Part shown: in pieces, positions 19,250 through 29,003 of the stretch | Layout: every line of letters begins with the position of its first letter | Position numbering within the stretch: position 1 is the stretch's first letter | Origin: Methanocellales archaeon | Lineage (GTDB): Archaea; Halobacteriota; JAWCLZ01 | NCBI GenBank assembly: GCA_038850275.1 | Contig: JAWCLZ010000003.1 | Location: 28,194-92,193 of the forward strand | Length of the DNA stretch: 64,000 bases | Direction: 5' to 3' | Program-made: the position numbers and the translations under genes | Notes under the pieces: generated by a model | Database searches by the model: none | What the model saw: the letters and a program-made list of their open reading frames with translations, nothing else | Told to the model about the DNA's origin: nothing

Positions 19250-20050
19250 TCATTTAATCAAGATTGCAGCATAGCCCACAACTTCAGAACGATCTGGAAT
19301 TATATCTCCACTGGTACCATATTTCAAAAGCTCTCCTCTCTTCGCTCCTAGATTTTTGCTTGCTTGTATGAGCGCTGCGATTGCGCCATATCCGCATACT
19401 GTTGCATTTTTTTCATAGAGCCTTCTATAAAACTCGGATATATCTAAATTCAAGATAGCCTCGATGAAGTATTTATCTTTGGCTCTCGCCACTTGATCTG
19501 GCTCATAGTGTGTGAAATCGCTTGATGCCAGTATTATCGCTTTTCTCCCGGTTTTTTTCACTGCATCACTAACTTCATTGCCTATTTCCATAGCACTCAT
19601 TTCATCCTGTAGAGCTATGCAAATTGGCACTATTTTAAAATCCTTAAATAAATACTGTAGAAATGGCAGTTGCACTTCAAGGGAATGCTCATATCTATGG
19701 GCATCTTCATCTTTATCGATGATCTCAAGGGGCATGGCATTTATGAAATCAAGATCAACCTCCACCTCGCCCAAGGGCGTGCTCCACTTCTCAGTGGAAA
19801 CAGCCACTCCTGAGCCCCTCCCCCTATGATTTGGGCCAATTATTATATATGTCTCAGCTTTTGGAAGTGCTTTATATGCATAAGCTGCCACTGGGCCTGA
19901 GAACATATAGCCAGCGTGAGGCACAACTGCACCTATGCAGGGCATTTCTTTAACATTTGCCCTTGATAGATGCTCTTCAATTTCTCGCACGAGCTCCTCC
20001 CTTCTATAGGGATAGAACTGCCCTGCAACTGCTGGTCTCCTCATTGCCAT
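19250..20050 (-). CDS. MEMO1-family protein (AmmeMemoRadiSam system protein B)
   Basis: N-terminal MRRPAVAGQFYP, the UPF0103/Memo signature. Confidence 0.8.
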   Translation of the reverse strand: MAMRRPAVAGQFYPYRREELVREIEEHLSRANVKEMPCIGAVVPHAGYMFSGPVAAYAYKALPKAETYIIIGPNHRGRGSGVAVSTEKWSTPLGEVEVDLDFINAMPLEIIDKDEDAHRYEHSLEVQLPFLQYLFKDFKIVPICIALQDEMSAMEIGNEVSDAVKKTGRKAIILASSDFTHYEPDQVARAKDKYFIEAILNLDISEFYRRLYEKNATVCGYGAIAALIQASKNLGAKRGELLKYGTSGDIIPDRSEVVGYAAILIK

Positions 20051-20078
20051 AATCTATTGTTTTAATGCCTTATTAAGC

Positions 20079-20711
20079 TTACAATTCAGCTTCGAAGTCA
20101 GTTACGGAGTAATTGAAGAGATGCGATTCCCCTCTTTCTCTGAGAACTTCTCTGGCAAGGAGCCAGTAAATAGTTGCAAGTGCCTTGCGCCCTTTGTTAT
20201 TCGTCGGGATGACTAGATCAACATTTTGAATCATGTTATTAGTATCGCAAAGTGCAACAACTGGAATTCCAACATCCACTGCTTCCTTCACTGCTTGAGC
20301 ATCACCCAAGGGATCTGTTACAATTAAGATGTCTGGCTCGAAGTAATCTCTATAAGCTGGATTGGTTAGCGTTCCAGGAGTGAATCTCCCAACTATTGCT
20401 CGTGCTCCAATCGCTTTAGCAAACATCTCAGCTGGCTTCTGGCCATATTGCCTTGCTGATATTATTAATATCTTAGCTGGATTGTATCTCGCAAGAAGCT
20501 TTGCCGCGATCCTTATCCTCTCATCTGTTGCTTGAACATCGAGTACATATAACCCATCTGTTCTAACTTTATAGATGAATCGCATCATATCTCCTGTCTT
20601 CTGCTGCGTGCCAATATGCACCCCAGCCGCTAAATACTCGTCTATGGGGATGAGCGATTTATATTCAGCTTCTCTAAATTCAACCTCTTTCGCTTCCTTT
20701 TGAAATGCCAT
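20079..20711 (-). CDS. rps2: 30S ribosomal protein S2
   Basis: Archaeal S2 sequence ([32 protein letters not shown]). Confidence 0.9.
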   Translation of the reverse strand: MAFQKEAKEVEFREAEYKSLIPIDEYLAAGVHIGTQQKTGDMMRFIYKVRTDGLYVLDVQATDERIRIAAKLLARYNPAKILIISARQYGQKPAEMFAKAIGARAIVGRFTPGTLTNPAYRDYFEPDILIVTDPLGDAQAVKEAVDVGIPVVALCDTNNMIQNVDLVIPTNNKGRKALATIYWLLAREVLRERGESHLFNYSVTDFEAEL

Positions 20712-20720
20712 GAAATCACC

Positions 20721-21053
20721 TCATTCGATTTCTTCCTCCTCGACAGAGTCCACTGCTTCCACAAATTCGATTTTTCGAACTGGGCGGTGAACTCTTTTGA
20801 TCACTGTGGTTCTTTTAACAGTTATTGGAATAACTCCTTTTTCAAATTCAAGTTCCGCAATTTCAATTGGATCATCGAGCTTGGTCTTCACCAGCACCGG
20901 AGCCCCCATTGCGATTTGAAGTGCCCTCGCGCCAATTATCCTTGCTTTTTCATAGCGTGTATATTTATCCTTTTCAACCAAATAATCACGCTCCAGAAAG
21001 AGAAATTGATGAGGTGAATTCCTTTCCCTTGTTTCTATTGAACCAATCAACAT
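20721..21053 (-). CDS. rpoK: DNA-directed RNA polymerase subunit K (Rpb6 homolog), with a C-terminal extension
   Basis: The core [25 protein letters not shown]...[12 protein letters not shown] matches RpoK. The likely true start is TTG at 20979 (preceded by GGAG), which gives 86 aa. About 30 extra C-terminal residues are not seen in typical RpoK. Confidence 0.75.
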   Translation of the reverse strand: MLIGSIETRERNSPHQFLFLERDYLVEKDKYTRYEKARIIGARALQIAMGAPVLVKTKLDDPIEIAELEFEKGVIPITVKRTTVIKRVHRPVRKIEFVEAVDSVEEEEIE

Positions 21054-21134
21054 ATCATTTCCTTTTGCAGGGTTTATTCTATAAGATGCTTTAGAGATAT
21101 AAAACTAGCTATTCCTTCATTATAAAATTGCTTG

Positions 21135-21764
21135 TTAATCTCTGAAGATTACCTTCAGGAAAATATCTATCAACACCGCTAATATGCCCACTATAAATAT
21201 GGCGTCAAAAATTCCAGCACCGCCGATTACCGCGAATATAGTTCGCTGATGCTGAAAGTTCAACACTTCCTGCAAGTGCAGAATATCAGCTCCTATCAAT
21301 ATTCCAATCGAGCCTGAAACATAAGAGCAAGGCCCAGCTCTGCTCCATTTTTTCCTCGCGGCTAAAACACCAATCAAGCTCGCGGTTACAACTGGAATGT
21401 GGTAGCTGTAGAGCAGTATACCCTCTTCAGGGACTACTTCAGATAAATTATATGCTAGATATGTTATAATTGCTATACCAAGCAAGCTCTCCATCGCTGG
21501 AGCTCGGCGTTGTTCAAGCATTCTTAGGGATAGAAAGATAGGAATTACCGCGCCAGCCACATTTATGCCAATGACAACATTATCACTTTTAAATAATGGT
21601 ATATTTGGAATATATATGTATAGCAGGATTGACAGGAATAGAATTGTGGCTGTTTCAGCGAATGTGAATCCAACGCTTCGAAAAGCAGTGAGGATGATGT
21701 ATATTATAAATGCAGCTATTGTGATTAAAATCCCAAGAGAAGCAAGAGCGAAAATATCGACCAT
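21135..21764 (-). CDS. Polytopic membrane protein of unknown function
   Basis: 209 aa, about 6 TM helices, no catalytic motif recognised. Confidence 0.5.
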   Translation of the reverse strand: MVDIFALASLGILITIAAFIIYIILTAFRSVGFTFAETATILFLSILLYIYIPNIPLFKSDNVVIGINVAGAVIPIFLSLRMLEQRRAPAMESLLGIAIITYLAYNLSEVVPEEGILLYSYHIPVVTASLIGVLAARKKWSRAGPCSYVSGSIGILIGADILHLQEVLNFQHQRTIFAVIGGAGIFDAIFIVGILAVLIDIFLKVIFRD

Positions 21765-21788
21765 TAAATCTCCAAAAAATTGAGAAGT

Positions 21789-22004
21789 TTACTTCTTAGC
21801 CTTGCCTTTGAAGCCAATTATACTCTTGGGCGAGCGCTTAATTCTATTTCTAATCCTTCCCCTTGAATCATAGCGCTGCGCTGGCCCAGGGCGTTTGTAT
21901 ACCATGTCCTTTTTTGGTACAAGCCTGGTTTGGCCCTTTCTACCCTTGATCTGAACCCATTCAACGCTTCCAGTCTTGCCCACTTTTTCACCTCTAAGTC
22001 TCAC
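21789..22004 (-). CDS. Small basic (Lys/Arg-rich) protein, possibly nucleic-acid binding
   Basis: 71 aa, pI clearly basic. I compared it with several small ribosomal and RNA-binding families and found no convincing match. Confidence 0.35.
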   Translation of the reverse strand: MRLRGEKVGKTGSVEWVQIKGRKGQTRLVPKKDMVYKRPGPAQRYDSRGRIRNRIKRSPKSIIGFKGKAKK

Positions 22005-22070
22005 TAGTATTATACAATAGTAAATAAATATTGCGTAGGTGTTGTTTTAATTTGTTTAATTATTTAATTA

Positions 22071-22114
22071 TATTTATCTTCCTCTTACTGTTTATTTATC
22101 TTCCTCTTACTGTT
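22071..22114. repeat. Tandem direct repeat, 22 bp x2
   Basis: TATTTATCTTCCTCTTACTGTT occurs twice head-to-tail at the 3' end of the usp gene. Confidence 0.8.
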
Positions 22115-22530
22115 AGAACTGGAACTGGTGAGGTTCTCACCACTTTCTCCGCCACGCTGCCGATCATGAACTTGCTAATCCCGCTTCTACCCATGGTTCC
22201 CATGACTATGAGGTCAAAGTTATTTTCTTTAGCATATTCAACGATTTTCTTCGCAGGATTCCCCTCGAGTACAACTCCCTCGCAGGGAACTTTCTTAAGC
22301 TCAGCCTCCAGCTTCACCTTCCTAATAGCCTCCTGTCCTCGTTTATGCAGCAGTTCAACGATGTCTCTACCTGAATATTTTATTGCTGGCTCATATTCAT
22401 CAGGGTTAACCACGTATAATGCAAACAATTTGGCTCCTGAAATACTAGCTATTTTTATTGCATAATCAATAGCTCTTTCCACATTCTTAGATCCATCTGT
22501 AGCAAGCAAAATTTTTTCAATTACTGCCAT
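22096..22530 (-). CDS. Universal stress protein (UspA family)
   Basis: ILLATDGS... and LIVMGTMGRSGISKFMIGSVAEKVV, the ATP-binding Usp signature. Confidence 0.8.
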   Translation of the reverse strand: MAVIEKILLATDGSKNVERAIDYAIKIASISGAKLFALYVVNPDEYEPAIKYSGRDIVELLHKRGQEAIRKVKLEAELKKVPCEGVVLEGNPAKKIVEYAKENNFDLIVMGTMGRSGISKFMIGSVAEKVVRTSPVPVLTVRGR

Positions 22531-22620
22531 CGCATTTGCCTATTCCTAGATTGCTATAAATCATTTTCTATTTTATCTCATTTGTTTATTTTCTGTTTTA
22601 TTTTCTTTTAACTCCACAAT

Positions 22621-23850
22621 TTATCTAAACCATTGACTTATATAGAACAAACCAGCCAGTGCTATTATCCCAAGGAAGAATAATCCAATGATCCAGAGTA
22701 TTCTGCTATATTTATCCACGAAGTGATTAACTGCAATTGTAACAGGCTCAGACTTGAAAAGTGTCTTCTGCCGTGGTTCTGAAATATTAAGATCCGCTAG
22801 AGGCTGCTCCATTATGGCTGAGCCCTGAGTTGCGAGAAGTTTAGGAGGTTCTTCTGCTACACCATTGACAATTGCCATTACTCGAACTCTATCATCAAAG
22901 CCCTTACGTATTCTCGCGCCCCAGATTACATTTGCATTTGGATCTAACTCTTTAGTGAATTCCTCTGCAATTTCATTTGCTTCCTCAAGAGTTAAATCAG
23001 GACCTCCAATTATATGCAATAAACAGCCCTTTCCACCTTTGATATCTATGTTCATAAGAGGATTCGAAAGCAAGCTTTTCACCACTTTCTGCACTTTATC
23101 CCTGCCATTTGCCTCTCCAACCAAAAGCGTGCCTACCCCGCCTAGTTCAGCAATTGCCTTGACATCCGCGTAATCAATGTTTATGAGAGATGGCTGAGTT
23201 ATGCTCTCCGAGATACCTTTTATAGTGTCCGCGATTAAATGATCCATTACGTTTAAAGCTTGCTCAATAGGCTGATTAGGCACTAGTTTTACCAAGCCAT
23301 CATTGCTAAGCACGATAACAGTATGGGCATGCTCCCTTAGCTTCTTCAAGCCCATTTCAGCTATCTTAATTCTTCCTCGCTCAACTGCAAATGGCATTGA
23401 TACCATCGCAATTACAATAGCGCCAATTTCCCTTGCAATCTGCGCCACAACAGGGCTAGCACCTGTACCAGTGCCTCCGCCTAAGCCAGCGGTTATGAAT
23501 ACAAGATCTGCTTTTCCTATTGCTTTAGCAATTGCCTCTTTCCCAAGCTCAGCGCTTTTCTCACCTATCTCAGGATTTCCACCTGCACCCAGTCCTTTGG
23601 TTAATGCGCCTATCAATACTTTTTTATCAGCTTGCACAATTTTCAAATGATTTGCATCAGTGTTTATAGCAATGGTTTCAGCACCTGCTATACCAAGGCT
23701 ATGCAAGCGATTAACTGAATTATTACCCGCGCCACCCACTCCCACAACTTTAATTTTTGGCTGGCTGAAATCATCAAAATCTGATTCAGAAGTAGATTTA
23801 TTTAACTCAGAATGAACTATAGCTTCCTGCACAATCTCATCCATCAACAT
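22621..23850 (-). CDS. ftsZ: Cell-division GTPase FtsZ with a C-terminal transmembrane helix
   Basis: GVGGAGNN, NTDA, tubulin signature GGGTGTG. The final approximately 25 aa (ILWIIGLFFLGIIALAGLFYISQWFR) are strongly hydrophobic. Confidence 0.85.
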   Translation of the reverse strand: MLMDEIVQEAIVHSELNKSTSESDFDDFSQPKIKVVGVGGAGNNSVNRLHSLGIAGAETIAINTDANHLKIVQADKKVLIGALTKGLGAGGNPEIGEKSAELGKEAIAKAIGKADLVFITAGLGGGTGTGASPVVAQIAREIGAIVIAMVSMPFAVERGRIKIAEMGLKKLREHAHTVIVLSNDGLVKLVPNQPIEQALNVMDHLIADTIKGISESITQPSLINIDYADVKAIAELGGVGTLLVGEANGRDKVQKVVKSLLSNPLMNIDIKGGKGCLLHIIGGPDLTLEEANEIAEEFTKELDPNANVIWGARIRKGFDDRVRVMAIVNGVAEEPPKLLATQGSAIMEQPLADLNISEPRQKTLFKSEPVTIAVNHFVDKYSRILWIIGLFFLGIIALAGLFYISQWFR

Positions 23851-23987
23851 CCCCTGCCAATTTTTATATTGGTTAAATAATTAAATGCTCAAGGATATAT
23901 ATTTTGCGATGAGAAATTAGAAAAATGTTAATTCTTTAAAAATTATTTTTAATCTTTTTTGCCTTGTTTAACACCTTTTATGTTCTC

Positions 23988-24269
23988 TTATTTTCCTACC
24001 CTAAGTGCTTTTATTTCTTCCTTCAGCTGCTCATCAGTTTTACCCTCAACATTAATACCCATTTCCCTAGCAAGTTTTCTAATCTCACTTTCTTGAGCAG
24101 GCGATGGTTTTTCAAGCGATTTCAACTCAAGCTCAGCCTCCCTCTGGGCTTTCTTGAATTCCCCCATTGATCTACCCATCGCCCTTGCAAGCTCAGGTAA
24201 CTTACTGGCGCCAAAAAGCAGTACAGCTACGCCCAATATCAAAAGTATCTCTGTAGTTCCAATTGCCAT
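23988..24269 (-). CDS. tatA: Twin-arginine translocase subunit TatA/E
   Basis: LLFGASKLPELARAMGRSMGEFKK. Confidence 0.8.
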   Translation of the reverse strand: MAIGTTEILLILGVAVLLFGASKLPELARAMGRSMGEFKKAQREAELELKSLEKPSPAQESEIRKLAREMGINVEGKTDEQLKEEIKALRVGK

Positions 24270-24373
24270 TTTACTTTATACCTCCTTTCAAAAACTTTTT
24301 GATTATTGGATATAAATCTATCGCAAGTTTATTATCTAATCCTTATTTTTTGGTATAACCAAACGCGAAGAGC

Positions 24374-25099
24374 CTATGCTGTAAATTTTGTTATCAATAT
24401 GCTAAGTTCGTAGAAGAAAATCATTGGAAAGGTTAGTAAAATAGGGCTGATTATATCCACCCCAGGAGTTACCCATGTTGCAGCTATTACAATTAATAAA
24501 TAAGCATGTCTTCGATAATATTTCAGCGTAGATCGATCTACAATCCCAAGTCTAACTAGCATGGTAATGAACACTGGCATTTCAAATACCAAGCCGAATA
24601 GAATGCAGCATAATAAAACGAAGTTCACAAATTCAAGGATTGAAAATGTAGCTTCAACTCCAATTGAAGCAGCATCCTCATAGAGGTATCTAAAGAAGAT
24701 AGGAAGCATTATAAAGTAGGTGTAGATCACGCCCAATATGAAGAGCAGAATTGCTGAAATCCCCCCCAGTGCTATAGAAGATTTTCCTACATTTTTGAGC
24801 TTCATCTGTGGAAATCTTTCTTTCAAAATTTTATACCCCTCGAATACGATCAATGGCAGTGCCATCAAAGCACCTATTGCTAGCGAGATCTTCAACTTTA
24901 AAATCAATACCTCTAGAGGAGTGAGATAGATAACTTTAGTTCCCTCTGGAAGGAGGTCTAGTTTTATTCTATTTATCAATAGATCTGTAAAGGGGAATGA
25001 TACAATCGAGCCAGCTATCACCACTCCAACTACCATCATTATCTTTCTTTTGAATTTCGTAAGCGCTGTACTTATGAACTCGAGTTCCTCATAGGCCAT
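24374..25099 (-). CDS. tatC: Twin-arginine translocase subunit TatC
   Basis: 241 aa, 6 TM helices, TatC N-terminal region. Confidence 0.85.
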   Translation of the reverse strand: MAYEELEFISTALTKFKRKIMMVVGVVIAGSIVSFPFTDLLINRIKLDLLPEGTKVIYLTPLEVLILKLKISLAIGALMALPLIVFEGYKILKERFPQMKLKNVGKSSIALGGISAILLFILGVIYTYFIMLPIFFRYLYEDAASIGVEATFSILEFVNFVLLCCILFGLVFEMPVFITMLVRLGIVDRSTLKYYRRHAYLLIVIAATWVTPGVDIISPILLTFPMIFFYELSILITKFTA

Positions 25100-25174
25100 A
25101 ATATGTTTAGAGTTAAGTTGATCTTCTATAAAAAATAAACTAAACCTTGACTATGAGTATGAGAATGCTATATG

Positions 25175-25825
25175 CTATATTATATCTCTTATCTCGCTCA
25201 AGTTCTCCAACATGAAATCTGGAGACACAGATCGAAGTTTTTCAGGAGTGGCAAACCCAGTGAGTACCACTGCTGTCTTGGTGCCTGCATTCTTACCCAT
25301 TAATATATCTTCAATCATATCACCAACGTATAAACTCTTACTTGCACTAATACCTAGGTTTTCAAGTGCAATTTCTAGTTGATATGGAGCTGGTTTGCGC
25401 TTTTCAAAGTCTACTTCATCTCCAAAGATCATTGTATCAAAAAATTTCATCACTCCCTGTGCTTCTATATCACGGAGCACTCTAGATTTATTGCCAGCTG
25501 AAACCAAGCCGATTTTCAAACCATTTGCCTTGAGATATTCAAGCGTGGAGATGCAATCCGGGAACAACTTGCCCTTGCTCCTCTCCTCTTCATATTGCGC
25601 TAGCCATATCTCATCGGCCTCTAACCACTTATCCTCGGGTATTTGCAAGTAGCGGTAAAATTCATACCAATTTGGCGTTGCGCGAGATCTATATTCTTCG
25701 ATTGAAATTGCCTTAATTCCAAAGCGGCTGAATACTTTTAAATAGCAATTATAATTCAACAGCAAGGAGTCATAGAGGGTTCCATCCCAGTCGAACATCA
25801 CTGCTTCCAAGCAATTGCCTTTCAT
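25175..25825 (-). CDS. HAD-superfamily hydrolase
   Basis: Motif I FDWDGTL, motif III K..., motif IV GDMIED. Confidence 0.75.
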   Translation of the reverse strand: MKGNCLEAVMFDWDGTLYDSLLLNYNCYLKVFSRFGIKAISIEEYRSRATPNWYEFYRYLQIPEDKWLEADEIWLAQYEEERSKGKLFPDCISTLEYLKANGLKIGLVSAGNKSRVLRDIEAQGVMKFFDTMIFGDEVDFEKRKPAPYQLEIALENLGISASKSLYVGDMIEDILMGKNAGTKTAVVLTGFATPEKLRSVSPDFMLENLSEIRDII

Positions 25826-26023
25826 CTTTATATCTTAAATTTTCACTTCAATTAATTAATAAATGCTTCTGTTGTATTCTAAAAATAATTTACTTAAATT
25901 TACTCTAAATTGCAACATTAAAGATTGCTATATAATTACAATTCACTATCTCGAGAACGAGAATTGCTTACTAAAAACGGCAAATTGATAAAGAAGTATT
26001 AATTAAAATCAATTGGTGGTTTA

Positions 26024-27307
26024 ATGCCTGAAACTTTAAGGATCGAACTTGGAAGAATGAGGATCTCAGGTAATCAAGCAATTGCAAGGGGAGCAATTGA
26101 AGCGGGAGTTCGAGTTACATGTGCTTACCCAGGCGCTCCAATTTCAGATCTACAGAATACCTTTGAATCTCTAGCAAAGAAACCTGGTTATCCTAGAAAT
26201 AATCCCTTTACCATTAAACTAGGGGAAGCATTGGATAAAGCTGGTTATGAACTCGTTGCCAAATGGGGTGAGATGACCAATGAACCTAATGCTCTTTCCT
26301 TTGCACTTGGAAATATAATCTGCAAAGGGGATAAGAAAGCGCGGGAATATATAACCCCTGAGGAGTATGATGTAATATATGGAGAAACAATTTTCTCTAA
26401 GCAGAAGATCTTAACCAAGGATGAAATCCCAGTTGGCTCCAGAGTTATGTGCTCAGTTAAACATCTTGGAGGTAATACCGCTGCAGACGTGGCTAGAACT
26501 CTCATGAATATAATTCCATATCCAGGGGGTCTTGCGATAGCAAGTGGAGACGATCGCCAGGGAACTGCTTCTCAAACAATGCAGGATAATAAAGTGCTAT
26601 TTGCCTGGCATTTTAGAATGCCAACCTTTGAAGTTCACAATCCAGCTAATGCTCATATAACCGTGAGAAATGCCTATAAACTCTGCGAAGAGCTAGGCGT
26701 GCCATTTGCGATAATTGAGAATTACAATCAATCCTATCGAGAGGTTGCCACTGATGTTACCCTTGAGATAGACATGCAAGCAAATAAAAGAAAAAAGGGA
26801 TTCACCCCAGATCCCTATAACCTTGTTACAATTGGACCGCAGATTAGACCTAAGGAGAAGAGACACTGGGAGAAGATTATTCCACTTATGAAGAAGAAGT
26901 TCTCGGATTACTTTGAATTTTTAAACAACGAGGTTATTCGCTATTCCGAGAATCCAACTAAACTAGTTATAGTTAATGGTCCATTTAGAGAGGACTTCAA
27001 CTACATTAGAAGCAGTGAAGCGAGGGAAAGGGAATTCAAGCGGGTTTATAAAAATCCAGTGGTCATAGCCAGCGATTTAGTGTGGCCTCTTCCCAGTGAG
27101 CTATATAAGAAGATCTTCGAGGAAAGCTCCATCGATGAAGTCTATGTCTTCGAAGAAGGCTATGGCAGAGTGATGTACTTCGAGACTCTGGATTTCATAA
27201 ATAGCAATGAATTCAATGTAAAAGTTAGAAATAGAGGCATTCCATATGAGCCTAGAATGTATGAAAGATTCTCCTACGCTGGCCATATAATGGCAAGCGC
27301 AAGTTAG
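26024..27307 (+). CDS. 2-oxoacid/indolepyruvate:ferredoxin oxidoreductase alpha-like subunit (pyrimidine-binding and transketolase-C-like domains)
   Basis: N-terminal GNQAIARGAIEAGVRVTCAYPGAPISD and ASGDDRQGTASQTMQDNK are collinear with the IorA/PorA N-terminal half. Confidence 0.7.
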   Translation: MPETLRIELGRMRISGNQAIARGAIEAGVRVTCAYPGAPISDLQNTFESLAKKPGYPRNNPFTIKLGEALDKAGYELVAKWGEMTNEPNALSFALGNIICKGDKKAREYITPEEYDVIYGETIFSKQKILTKDEIPVGSRVMCSVKHLGGNTAADVARTLMNIIPYPGGLAIASGDDRQGTASQTMQDNKVLFAWHFRMPTFEVHNPANAHITVRNAYKLCEELGVPFAIIENYNQSYREVATDVTLEIDMQANKRKKGFTPDPYNLVTIGPQIRPKEKRHWEKIIPLMKKKFSDYFEFLNNEVIRYSENPTKLVIVNGPFREDFNYIRSSEAREREFKRVYKNPVVIASDLVWPLPSELYKKIFEESSIDEVYVFEEGYGRVMYFETLDFINSNEFNVKVRNRGIPYEPRMYERFSYAGHIMASAS

Positions 27308-27319
27308 CGAGGTGAAAAC

Positions 27320-28243
27320 ATGCAAGCTGTTACCCTTCCTAAACCTGAGGAGAGAACTATTAAAAGACCAGTTGCAAACTGCCCTGGATGCGGTGCAACC
27401 AAGGTTTCCATGGCCTTGAAGGAGGGACTCAGGAGGTATAATAAGGAGAATAAAACTAACTATAAATTGATTTATGTAGCAGATAGAGGCTGCGGCAATC
27501 TTCAAGGTTGGCATGAATATGGAATAGTGGATGCAATTTACAACATGGGCATGGCTCCAATGGTAGCACTAGGAGCTAGATATTCCTCTGGAGGCCCTGA
27601 GAATGGATATATAGTGGTTTGCGCTAGTGGTGATGGTGCTTATAACTTTAATATTAATGGAATGAAGATCGCAGCTCAAGATCCTCCAAGCATGTACATA
27701 ATCTATGATAACTATTCAATTCGCATGACCGGAGGACAACTGGGCCTGAGGAATGACTATGAAGTTGAAGGTAGAGCCATAGGCTTCGATGTTTACTTCA
27801 TAAATCCCTATAGATATAACGAGAACGCAGAGATCTTCAAGAAACTCATAGGGGAATATTTGAATAAAAAGGCAATTATGGTAGTGGCAGATGGCACTTG
27901 CTCTCGAGACCTAAGGGGAATGATCTCAGGCATGGGGATTAAACTAGGTACATTTGTGAGAAGCGAGGGCTGCAAAGACTTAGTGTATCAAAAAGAGAGG
28001 GAAAAAATAGCGAAGGAAAATCCTGAGAAGCTCAAGGAAATGCCTCCATTTAAATGCAGGCTATGTGGAATGCACCTGCGCTGTCAAGCCTTACTGGAGA
28101 ACGACCCAACCCGCTGCTTTAACTGCGGTGCTTGCGCGCATTATGGATGCGAATTTTTAACCTGCCCCGAGCCAAATCTTGCCATGGTTACTGAGCATCC
28201 TAAGAAGTATCAAGAGTTCTTCGAGAAATATGCTAGGAAGTGA
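27320..28243 (+). CDS. OFOR beta-like TPP-binding subunit with a fused C-terminal Cys-rich (ferredoxin-like) tail
   Basis: CPGCG at the N-terminus. TPP motif GDG-x25-YDNYSIRMTGGQ. The tail is FKCRLCGMHLRC...CFNCGACAHYGCEFLTCP. Confidence 0.7.
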   Translation: MQAVTLPKPEERTIKRPVANCPGCGATKVSMALKEGLRRYNKENKTNYKLIYVADRGCGNLQGWHEYGIVDAIYNMGMAPMVALGARYSSGGPENGYIVVCASGDGAYNFNINGMKIAAQDPPSMYIIYDNYSIRMTGGQLGLRNDYEVEGRAIGFDVYFINPYRYNENAEIFKKLIGEYLNKKAIMVVADGTCSRDLRGMISGMGIKLGTFVRSEGCKDLVYQKEREKIAKENPEKLKEMPPFKCRLCGMHLRCQALLENDPTRCFNCGACAHYGCEFLTCPEPNLAMVTEHPKKYQEFFEKYARK

Positions 28244-28935
28244 TCGCAATGAAGCGAGACTTGGTTATTACCTTTCCCTCTATTGGGGGATCTGGATATC
28301 TAACTTTAGCGGAGACAATTGCGGATGCAGCGATTAAAGCAGGCTATTACTCAGTGGTATATCAATGCCGAGGCTTGGCTCAAGCTGAGGGACCAATGTG
28401 CCTCGATACTTGGATAAGTGAGAGAGAAATCCATGGAGCAGTTGCACAAGAGGTTAATTATATGAATGCCTATGAGATGACTGAGATCTGGCGCATGTTC
28501 ACTGAAGCAGGCAAGCAAGTTGAGAGGGTTTACTCAAGGGATCTTACAATTGTTAGTGATTATAGAGTTATAGAGCCAATTGTGGTGATGACAAGCATAA
28601 AAGGGCCTAGGTATTATTCTAGAGAGGAACTACTTGAGCTGATTAAGAACTATAAGATAGCTGGCAATACACCTAGGATAATTCTATATGACTTCTCTAA
28701 GTACAAGCAATATGCCTCTGTTTTAAAAGGGCCTTATTCTTTTGGCGTGATCGTCGCTGATCTCGAGCAGCGGGATGATATCATTAAAATTCCAAAGGAG
28801 GAAGCTAGGGAAGCGGTCTATGAGGGAGCGCCTAAGAAGGGCAAACTTCCTGAGTTGAACGTAGAAGCCTTTGAAAGAGGATATGAAGATCGAAGCAAGG
28901 CGAAGGCAAAAGAAGCAAAGGTAATCATAATTTAA
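28240..28935 (+). CDS. OFOR gamma-like subunit (divergent)
   Basis: VITFPSIGGSGYLTLAETIADAAIKAGY aligns to the gamma-subunit GRGGQG...AA...G region but with GGSG. Its start overlaps the previous stop by 4 nt. Confidence 0.5.
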   Translation: MIAMKRDLVITFPSIGGSGYLTLAETIADAAIKAGYYSVVYQCRGLAQAEGPMCLDTWISEREIHGAVAQEVNYMNAYEMTEIWRMFTEAGKQVERVYSRDLTIVSDYRVIEPIVVMTSIKGPRYYSREELLELIKNYKIAGNTPRIILYDFSKYKQYASVLKGPYSFGVIVADLEQRDDIIKIPKEEAREAVYEGAPKKGKLPELNVEAFERGYEDRSKAKAKEAKVIII

Positions 28936-28949
28936 TTTAATTTTATTTT

Positions 28950-29003
28950 ATTATTATTGAGCGTTGTATTATTATTGAGCGTTGTATTATTATTGAGCGT
29001 TGT
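28950..29003. repeat. Perfect tandem repeat, 18 bp x3
   Basis: ATTATTATTGAGCGTTGT repeats at 28950, 28968 and 28986. It lies between convergent genes and overlaps the last codons of the minus-strand gene. Confidence 0.85.

Noticed and set aside
20700-21094. Plus-strand ORFs 20700-21017 and 20867-21094.
   Set aside because: Antisense to rpoK and the rps2 5' region.
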